From assembly GCA_038200275.1 (NCBI GenBank), contig JBBPYC010000025.1:10759-74758 (forward strand): a stretch of 64,000 nucleotides of DNA, written 5' to 3'. Shown piece by piece: positions 57,241 to 64,000 of this stretch. The translations under genes and the position numbers were made by a program. The notes under the pieces are model-generated. The model made no database searches, was not told the origin of the DNA, and saw only the letters and a program-made list of their open reading frames with translations. Source of the stretch: Burkholderiales bacterium. Its GTDB lineage: Bacteria > Pseudomonadota > Gammaproteobacteria > Burkholderiales > Burkholderiaceae_C. Each line of letters opens with the position of its first letter. Position 1 is the first letter of the stretch.

Positions 57241-57954
57241 ATGGAAACCGCCTGGCTCGACCTGGTTCAGTGGCTGCATACGGCCGGCCTGCATCTGGAC
57301 GCCGGCTGGAGCCGCGGCGTGGCGCAAGCCGCCGGTGCCATGGACATGCCGAGCTTGCTTGCGCTGGCTGCGGCGCTCGGCTGGGCCAGCGGCTTCCGGC
57401 TCTATGCGGTGGTGTTTCTGGTCGGGCTGATGGGCGCGGCGGGTGGCGTGGTGCTGCCGGCTGGCCTCCAGGTGTTGCAGCATCCCGCGATCCTCATCGT
57501 CAGCGGCTTCATGCTGTTCATGGAATTCTTTGCCGACAAGATCCCCGGCTTCGATTCGCTCTGGGACTTGATGCACAGCCTGATCCGGGTGCCGGCGGGT
57601 GCGGCGCTGGCCGGGGCCGTATTCTTCGGTGCGGACAGCGGGATGATGACGCTGCTCGCAGCGCTGCTCGGCGGTACGCTCGCTGCGACCAGCCAGGCTG
57701 CGAAGACGACCACACGGGCAGCGATCAACACCTCGCCCGAGCCGTTTTCCAACATCGGCGCGAGTCTGGTTGAAGACGGCGCTTCGGTGGGCGCGATCTG
57801 GCTGGCGACAACGCACCCGCTCGTGTTCGGCGTGCTGCTTGCAGTGGTCGTCGTGTTGATGTGGATCGTGACCTGGACGCTGATCAAGTTCCTGCGCACA
57901 GCGTTTCGGCGCTTGTCGCAGTGGCGGTCGGCGGGCCAGCCGCGTGTGGCTTGA
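57241..57954 (+). CDS. DUF4126 domain-containing membrane protein
   Basis: 237-aa ORF. The string FMEFFADKIPGFDSLWD is characteristic of DUF4126 as I remember it. Confidence 0.7.
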   Translation: METAWLDLVQWLHTAGLHLDAGWSRGVAQAAGAMDMPSLLALAAALGWASGFRLYAVVFLVGLMGAAGGVVLPAGLQVLQHPAILIVSGFMLFMEFFADKIPGFDSLWDLMHSLIRVPAGAALAGAVFFGADSGMMTLLAALLGGTLAATSQAAKTTTRAAINTSPEPFSNIGASLVEDGASVGAIWLATTHPLVFGVLLAVVVVLMWIVTWTLIKFLRTAFRRLSQWRSAGQPRVA

Positions 57955-58085
57955 CAATGAGGACGCAACAGTGAAGAAGACATCGATCGCCAATCAAGGC
58001 AACCATCTGTTTGAACGCTTCAAGCGGGCGCCCGATCGGCTTGCAACGGCAGCACACACCGGCGACCGTGTCGCCGAAGCACGCC

Positions 58086-60116
58086 ATGTTTAAAAAAATC
58101 CTCATTGCCAATCGCGGCGAGATCGCCTGTCGGGTCGCGGCCACCGCACGTCGGCTTGGCATCAAGACCGTGGCGGTTTATTCGGATGCCGACGCGCACG
58201 CCAAGCACGTCGCAGTCTGCGACGAGGCCGTGCACATCGGCGGCAGTGCGCCGAAAGACAGCTATCTGCGGTGGGAACGCATCCTGCAGGCTGCAGCCGA
58301 CACAGGGGCAGAAGCAATCCACCCGGGCTACGGTTTCCTGAGCGAGAACGATGCGTTTGCCACCGCGTGCGCAGAGGCCGACGTGGTCTTCATCGGCCCG
58401 CCGCCACAAGCAATTCGTGCGATGGGGCTGAAGGCCCAATCCAAACAGCTGATGGAGCGTGCTGGTGTGCCGCTGGTGCCCGGCTATCACGGGGCAGGCC
58501 AGGACCGGGCGCTGCTCGAAGCGGAAGCCCAGAAGATCGGCTATCCCGTGCTGATCAAGGCCAGCGCGGGCGGCGGCGGCAAGGGCATGCGCATCGTCGA
58601 GCAGGCGAATGACTTCGCTGCTGCACTCGCTTCCTGCCAGCGCGAAGCCACGAACAGCTTCGGCGATGCGGCTGTGTTGATCGAAAAATACGTGCAGCGC
58701 CCGCGGCATATCGAAATCCAGGTGTTCGCGGATGGCCAAGGCAACGTGCTGCATCTGTTCGAGCGGGATTGCTCGGTGCAGCGCCGGCATCAGAAGGTGC
58801 TCGAAGAAGCGCCTGCGCCCGGCATGACGCCGGAGATGCGCCAACAGATGGGCGATGCGGCCGTGGCGGCAGCACGTGCGGTGGGCTATGTGGGCGCCGG
58901 CACGGTGGAGTTCATCGTCGAGCAGGCCGACGACGGTGCGATGCGCTTTTTCTTCATGGAGATGAACACGCGGCTGCAGGTCGAGCACCCGGTTACGGAA
59001 GCGATCACAGGTCAGGATCTGGTCGAGTGGCAGCTGCGCGTGGCAGCCGGCCAGCCGCTGCCGCTCACGCAGGGCGATCTGAAGATCGACGGACACGCAA
59101 TTGAAGCGCGTATCAGTGCCGAGACACCGGACAAGGACTTTTTGCCGGCCACCGGAACCCTGAATGTGTATCGCCGCCCGCCTTGCGTGAGCTTCACGCG
59201 CGGGCCGGTGCGCATCGACGACGGTGTGCGCGAAGGCGATGCGATCTCGCCTTTCTATGACCCGATGATTGCCAAGCTGATCGTGCACGGCGACACGCGC
59301 GAGCAGGCGTTGGCGCGGCTGGACGATGCGCTGTCGCAGCTGCACATCGTGGGCCTGAACAACAACGTGCAGTTCCTGCGCCATGTGCTGGCCACACCGT
59401 CGTTCGCGCAGGCGCAGCTCGACACCGCGTTGATTCCGCGCGAACGCGCGCTGCTGTTCAACCAGGAGCCGGTCGGGCTGGCGGTGGCGGGTGCGGCAGC
59501 CATTGCGCATACGTTGCTGGCCGAGCGCGCGCAACAAGGCGGCAATCCTTTTTCGCGGCGCGACGGCTGGCAGTCGCACGGGGTGCGGACACGTCGGTTC
59601 GATTTCGAGTTCAACGGCCAGTCCGTAGGCGCCGAGTTGCGCTATCTGCACGACGGCGCGCTGCAGTTGTCGATCGATGATGCGTGCGCGCCGTTGTGGC
59701 TCCAGCGCATGGACGACGGCGGTAAGCAATCCGCCGGCGACGCTTGCGCCATCGAGCTTGAATTCAACGGACAGCGTGTAAGGGCTGAGGTGCACCGACA
59801 TGGTGAGGTGCTACACGTTTTCACACCAGTCGGCGCGACCCGCATTGTGTTGCTCGATCCGCTGGCCCATGCGGGTGAGGACTCGACGCAAGGCGGCAAC
59901 TTGAGCGCGCCGATGCCGGGCAGGGTGGTTGCGTTTTTGGTCAAGGCTGGCGACGCGGTGTCGGTCGGCCAGCCGCTCGCTGTGCTTGAAGCGATGAAGA
60001 TGGAACACACGATGGCCGCACCCACCGATGGGGTGGTCGAAGAGCTGCTTTACGCACCGGGCGATCAGGTCGCAGAAGGTGCGGAGCTGCTGCGGCTCGG
60101 CGCCAAGACCCCATGA
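58086..60116 (+). CDS. liuD: methylcrotonyl-CoA carboxylase, biotin carboxylase/BCCP (alpha) subunit
   Basis: ORF 58011..60116 trimmed to ATG 58086 (MFKKILIANRGEIACRV). It has an ATP-grasp domain and a C-terminal biotinyl motif (LEAMKMEH). Confidence 0.95.
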   Translation: MFKKILIANRGEIACRVAATARRLGIKTVAVYSDADAHAKHVAVCDEAVHIGGSAPKDSYLRWERILQAAADTGAEAIHPGYGFLSENDAFATACAEADVVFIGPPPQAIRAMGLKAQSKQLMERAGVPLVPGYHGAGQDRALLEAEAQKIGYPVLIKASAGGGGKGMRIVEQANDFAAALASCQREATNSFGDAAVLIEKYVQRPRHIEIQVFADGQGNVLHLFERDCSVQRRHQKVLEEAPAPGMTPEMRQQMGDAAVAAARAVGYVGAGTVEFIVEQADDGAMRFFFMEMNTRLQVEHPVTEAITGQDLVEWQLRVAAGQPLPLTQGDLKIDGHAIEARISAETPDKDFLPATGTLNVYRRPPCVSFTRGPVRIDDGVREGDAISPFYDPMIAKLIVHGDTREQALARLDDALSQLHIVGLNNNVQFLRHVLATPSFAQAQLDTALIPRERALLFNQEPVGLAVAGAAAIAHTLLAERAQQGGNPFSRRDGWQSHGVRTRRFDFEFNGQSVGAELRYLHDGALQLSIDDACAPLWLQRMDDGGKQSAGDACAIELEFNGQRVRAEVHRHGEVLHVFTPVGATRIVLLDPLAHAGEDSTQGGNLSAPMPGRVVAFLVKAGDAVSVGQPLAVLEAMKMEHTMAAPTDGVVEELLYAPGDQVAEGAELLRLGAKTP

Positions 60117-61048
60117 CCGCCATCACGATGCGCATCCTGTTTCACGCCACCCAAACCAAGGCCGAGCCGTGGCTTGAAGGACTGCGCGCTGCGCTGCCGC
60201 ACGCCACTGTGGAAGCCTGGCAAAGCGGTGCGCCGCAAGCCGACCACGCGGTGGTCTGGGCGCCGCCGCAACAGTTCATCGACGAGCAGCCGAGGCTGCG
60301 TGGCTTGTTCAACATCGGCGCTGGAGTCGATGCGCTGCTAAAGTTGAAGCTGCCGCCCGAGTTGCTGCTGGTGCGCCTGGACGATGCGGGCATGTCGGTG
60401 CAGATGGCCGAGTTCGTCTGCCAGGCCGTAATCCGGCAGTTTCGCGAGCTGGATGCCTATGCACAGGAAGAGACGCGCGCAAAGTGGTCGTTTCGAAAGC
60501 CGAACCGGCGCGCCGATTTCACGGTCGGCATCATGGGTCTGGGCGTGCTCGGGGAGCGCGTCGCGCGGGCGTTGCAGCACTTCGAGTTTCCGGTGCGCGG
60601 CTACAGCAGGACGCGCAAGCAGGTGGCGGGTGTCGAATGTTTCTCCGGCGCGGCGCAGTTCCAGGCCTTCCTGGCTGGCACCCGCATGCTGGTTTGTCTG
60701 CTGCCGCTTACGCCGGACACCTCTGGCATCTTGAATCGTGAGGCGTTCGCCGCAATGCCGGTCGGTGGTTACCTGATCAATGTCGCGCGCGGCGAGCATC
60801 TGGTGGAAGCCGATCTGCTTGAAGCGCTTGACAGCGGCCAGTTGGCGGGCGCTGCGCTTGATGTGTTCCGGACCGAGCCGTTGCCGGCCGACCATCCTTT
60901 TTGGGCGCATCCCAAGATAGTCGTCACGCCGCATACGTCGGCGCGCACCTTGCGCGACGACACCATCGCGCAGATCGCGGGCAAGATCGAAGCGGTCGAA
61001 CGCGGCGAGCCAATTCGCGGCGTGGTGGACCGTGGGCGGGGGTATTGA
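60113..61048 (+). CDS. D-isomer-specific 2-hydroxyacid dehydrogenase (glyoxylate/hydroxypyruvate reductase A-like)
   Basis: 311-aa ORF with an NAD motif (GIMGLGVLGERVA) and catalytic contexts (INVARGEHL, TPHTSA). ATGA overlap with liuD. Confidence 0.85.
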   Translation: MTAITMRILFHATQTKAEPWLEGLRAALPHATVEAWQSGAPQADHAVVWAPPQQFIDEQPRLRGLFNIGAGVDALLKLKLPPELLLVRLDDAGMSVQMAEFVCQAVIRQFRELDAYAQEETRAKWSFRKPNRRADFTVGIMGLGVLGERVARALQHFEFPVRGYSRTRKQVAGVECFSGAAQFQAFLAGTRMLVCLLPLTPDTSGILNREAFAAMPVGGYLINVARGEHLVEADLLEALDSGQLAGAALDVFRTEPLPADHPFWAHPKIVVTPHTSARTLRDDTIAQIAGKIEAVERGEPIRGVVDRGRGY

Positions 61049-61369
61049 TGGCTCGCCCCCAACCTTCACTCCCTGCGGTCGGCTTGTCGAGCTTCCCCTC
61101 ACCGGGGGCGCTGCCTGTGGCCTGGCAGTGCCAGCTCCGTGGCCCCTGCTTGATCTGGGCACTTGGTTCCGATCGTTGCGGATGCGCTTGGGTGATGGGG
61201 ACGGCACCATGTGCGGTGCTGAACTGAAGCGCCTGTCTGAAGGCGTGCAGCGTGTCGCGCGGGCGTTGCTGAACAAGAAGAAGGGGCATCTGCTTGCGCC
61301 CCGGTTGCTTGACCAGACAGCGCGCACCGCGCAGCACGCAACCGATGTGCCGCTCTCGCGAGGTGCGCA

Positions 61370-61603
61370 ATGAGCGTGTATGCGCGCATCGTCGCGGCCA
61401 CGGCGCAGCGCGTTGCCAACACGAACGCTGCGGGGCCGTCGCCGTGCGTGTCGGTCTGCCAGATGGACGAAGCCACAGGTTGGTGCGAAGGCTGCCTGCG
61501 CACGATCGACGAGATCATGGACTGGGGCGCGTTGGACGAGTCGGCCAAGCGCATCATCTGGCAACGGTTGGCGCAGCGCGCCGATGTTGTCATCAAGGGC
61601 TGA
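61370..61603 (+). CDS. DUF1289 domain-containing (YdhL-like, Cys-rich) protein
   Basis: 77-aa ORF. SPCVSVCQMDEATGWCEGCLRTIDEIMDW fits the DUF1289 Cys pattern. Confidence 0.75.
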   Translation: MSVYARIVAATAQRVANTNAAGPSPCVSVCQMDEATGWCEGCLRTIDEIMDWGALDESAKRIIWQRLAQRADVVIKG

Positions 61604-61654
61604 ACGGGCGATTGAGCCGAACAGACCTGCCGAGCGCCAACCCACACGACCGCC

Positions 61655-62308
61655 ATGAAACAGATCGACTGCTACTTCGATTTCATCTCGCCGTATGCCT
61701 ACCTCGCGTTTGAGCAGCTGCCGCGTGCGCTGCAAGACGCCGGCAGCTACGCGGTGGCCTACAAACCGGTCGTGTTCGGCGCGTTGTTGAAGGCACACGG
61801 GCAACTCGGCCCCGCCGAGATTGCGGCAAAGCGCGACTGGACCAGTCGGCACGTCTCATGGCTCGCGCGCGAGCATGGCATTGCACTGCGCCACCCGGCC
61901 ACGCATCCGTTCAACCCACTTGACGTGTTGCGGCTCGCGCTCGCGTGCGGCAGCGTGGGAGACGACCGGCTGCCCAACCGGCACGTGTGCCGCGCCATCT
62001 TCGAGCATGTGTGGCAGTCCGGGCTCGATGCGGCGGATCCGCAGCGGCTGGCTGTGCTGCAACAGCGATTGAAGCCGGCCCGCAATCCGCAGGATGGAGC
62101 AATCAAGACGCAGCTCCGCTCCCTTACCGAGGAAGCCGTTGCGCTTGGCATCTTCGGCGTGCCGAGCTTCGTCGTCAACGAGCGCCTGTTTTGGGGATTC
62201 GACGCGTTGGCGATGTTGCGGGCATACCTGCTCGGCGACGACTGGTTTGCGCCGATGCACTGGGATGAGATGGCGGATCGACCACTCGGCGCACAGCGGC
62301 GTCGTTGA
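61655..62308 (+). CDS. 2-hydroxychromene-2-carboxylate isomerase family (DsbA-like thioredoxin fold)
   Basis: 217-aa ORF with the typical N-terminus IDCYFDFISPYAYLA and the string GIFGVPSFVVNERLFWG. Confidence 0.8.
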   Translation: MKQIDCYFDFISPYAYLAFEQLPRALQDAGSYAVAYKPVVFGALLKAHGQLGPAEIAAKRDWTSRHVSWLAREHGIALRHPATHPFNPLDVLRLALACGSVGDDRLPNRHVCRAIFEHVWQSGLDAADPQRLAVLQQRLKPARNPQDGAIKTQLRSLTEEAVALGIFGVPSFVVNERLFWGFDALAMLRAYLLGDDWFAPMHWDEMADRPLGAQRRR

Positions 62309-62598
62309 GACAACTCCTTGATCGGACACCCTGCCACAGACCGTGCTGGCTTCGCGCAACGACGCAAACATTCGGGGTCGTGACCAAGAATTTGCCAAGG
62401 CGCGTCCAGCCTGTGGCGGCATGCCATCAATTCCAGGGTTTACCCTTTCCGGTGATTCCCTGACGGCGATCAAAGAAGCGAGCACACGCACGTCACGATC
62501 GGTTACGGTTGTAACTCTCACGATCGGCCGACGTGTTCCAGGCAAGTGACCTGGTCACTTCATCGCCTCTCTATCTCTTTCAACAACAAGGATTGCGT

Positions 62599-62922
62599 AT
62601 GTCACTTGACGATACGTCCCAAGCCTATTGGAGCGCGACGCTCCGGTTGCTCGGCGGCATTCTGGTGGTCTGGTTTCTGGTGTCGTTCGGCGCCGGCATC
62701 TTGTTCGCCGAATGGCTCAACCAGTTCCATCTGGGCGGCTACCCGCTCGGCTTCTGGTTTGCGCAGCAGGGCTCGATCTACATCTTCATCGTGTTGATCT
62801 TCTACTACGGCTGGCGCATGGGCGCGATCGATCGGCGCTTCAACGTCGACGAAGAGCGACCTGCCAATCGCCTGCCGGCGAAACCGGTCGTCCGGCCGCA
62901 ACAACAACAAACTCGTCGATAA
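62599..62922 (+). CDS. DUF4212 membrane protein (small subunit associated with sodium:solute symporters)
   Basis: ORF 62533..62922 trimmed to ATG 62599 (MSLDDTSQAYWSATLRLL). It has two TM helices and the string GFWFAQQGSIYIF. It lies directly upstream of the symporter. Confidence 0.8.
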   Translation: MSLDDTSQAYWSATLRLLGGILVVWFLVSFGAGILFAEWLNQFHLGGYPLGFWFAQQGSIYIFIVLIFYYGWRMGAIDRRFNVDEERPANRLPAKPVVRPQQQQTRR

Positions 62923-62937
62923 CAGGTTGCGCAATTC

Positions 62938-64000
62938 ATGGATCTTCAAACCACCATCTACATCGCGGTCGGGCTGAGCTTCGCGCTCTACATCGGCATC
63001 GCGATCTGGGCGCGAGCCGGCTCCACCAGCGAGTTCTACGCAGCCGGTGGCAGCGTCCACCCGGTCACCAACGGCATGGCGACAGCGGCCGACTGGATGA
63101 GCGCCGCGTCGTTCATCTCGATGGCCGGGCTGATTTCGAACATGGGCTACGGCGGCGCGCTGTTCCTGATGGGCTGGACCGGCGGCTACGTGTTGCTGGC
63201 GATGCTGCTGGCACCGTACTTGCGCAAGTTCGGCAAGTTCACGGTGCCGCAGTTCATCGGCGACAGGTTCTATTCGAAGTCGGCCAGCACGATTGCAGTG
63301 GTCTGCCTGCTGACCGCATCGATCACCTACATCATTGGCCAGATGACTGGCGTGGGCATCGCGTTTTCGCGCTTCCTGGGTGTTTCTTCGGACACCGGCA
63401 TCTACGTCGGCATGGCGATTGTGTTCGCCTATGCGGTGTTCGGCGGCATGAAGGGGATCACCTACACGCAGGTCGCACAGTACATCGTACTGATCCTGGC
63501 CTACACGGTGCCGGCAGTGTTCATCTCGTTGCAGCTCACAGGCAGCGTGCTTCCGCAGATCGGCTTGGGCTCAAACCTGGTAGGGCACGATTTCTCGCTG
63601 CTGTCCAAGCTTGACCAAGTGGTCACCGAACTCGGCTTCGGCCAGTACACGACATCGCTGCCCGGCAGCAAGCTCAACATGTTCATGTACACCCTGTCGC
63701 TGATGATAGGCACAGCGGGCTTGCCGCACGTGATCATGCGATTCTTCACCGTACCGTCGGTCAAAGCCGCGCGTTCTTCGGCTGGCTGGGCACTGGTCTT
63801 CATCGCAATCCTCTACACGACCGCACCCGCTGTGGCTGCGATGGCGAAGATGAATTTGCTGCGCACCGTGACGCCTGGCGTCGTGATGCAGGACACGAGC
63901 CCGTTCGCGGCCGACTCCGCGCTGAAGTATGACGAGCGTCCGGACTGGATGAAGCGTTGGGAAATCACCGGCCTGTTGAAGTTCGAAGACAAGAACGGCG
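62938..64000 (+). CDS. sodium:solute symporter family permease (ActP/VC_2705-like), 3' end outside window
   Basis: Hand translation from ATG 62938 gives MDLQTTIYIAVGLSFALYIGIAIWARAGSTSEFYAAGGSVHPVTNGMATAADWMSAASFISMAGLI... The frame is open to the window end and is not in the ORF track because no stop is present. Confidence 0.85.
   Translation, partial: MDLQTTIYIAVGLSFALYIGIAIWARAGSTSEFYAAGGSVHPVTNGMATAADWMSAASFISMAGLISNMGYGGALFLMGWTGGYVLLAMLLAPYLRKFGKFTVPQFIGDRFYSKSASTIAVVCLLTASITYIIGQMTGVGIAFSRFLGVSSDTGIYVGMAIVFAYAVFGGMKGITYTQVAQYIVLILAYTVPAVFISLQLTGSVLPQIGLGSNLVGHDFSLLSKLDQVVTELGFGQYTTSLPGSKLNMFMYTLSLMIGTAGLPHVIMRFFTVPSVKAARSSAGWALVFIAILYTTAPAVAAMAKMNLLRTVTPGVVMQDTSPFAADSALKYDERPDWMKRWEITGLLKFEDKNG

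Noticed and set aside
61050-61200. A GC-rich spacer with CCCCTCACC / GGGGGCG-type strings, considered as a REP-like element or small RNA.
   Set aside because: I found no second copy in the window, no clear stable hairpin and no T-tract. The pattern cannot be distinguished from ordinary high-GC intergenic DNA.

Overview
This is a high-GC segment (about 65-70% by hand count) of a betaproteobacterial chromosome, probably Comamonadaceae and Variovorax-like. The M20 peptidase at 30740-32002 matches my memory of carboxypeptidase G2. The window is almost entirely coding, with about 60 genes and no rRNA, tRNA, CRISPR array, integrase or transposase that I could recognise.

Main blocks, left to right:
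- A TetR-associated minus-strand operon (3269-15382). It combines a Gfo/Idh/MocA dehydrogenase, DUF993, an NAD epimerase, a DHDPS-like enzyme, a TctCBA carboxylate importer, two xylose-isomerase-like TIM-barrel proteins and a long enolase-superfamily enzyme. The substrate is unknown.
- The conserved glyQ-glyS-gmhB-plsC block, interrupted by a vapBC-type toxin-antitoxin cassette whose stop codon overlaps the glyS start.
- liuA, a frameshifted LysR gene, a small secreted repeat protein, and translationally coupled can-aceK.
- Thiolase, a CPG2-like peptidase, an acyl-CoA dehydrogenase, and a GAF-PAS-GGDEF-EAL protein.
- A DUF1800/DUF1501 pair.
- A low-GC islet of about 1.3 kb (43051-44444) with three overlapping orphan ORFs. 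The largest has a Cys4, HNH-like head. This is my best candidate for an undescribed accessory, possibly defence-type, module.
- A Bug-GAF-GGT operon.
- A leucine catabolism supercluster (liuB, livKHMGF-like ABC importer, ACAD, liuC, DUF4126, liuD). No HMG-CoA lyase is present in the window.
- DUF4212 plus a sodium:solute symporter that runs off the right edge.

All functional calls come from reading the translated ORFs against remembered family signatures. No database search was run. Many ORF-track entries are high-GC antisense artefacts or carry spurious N-terminal extensions.
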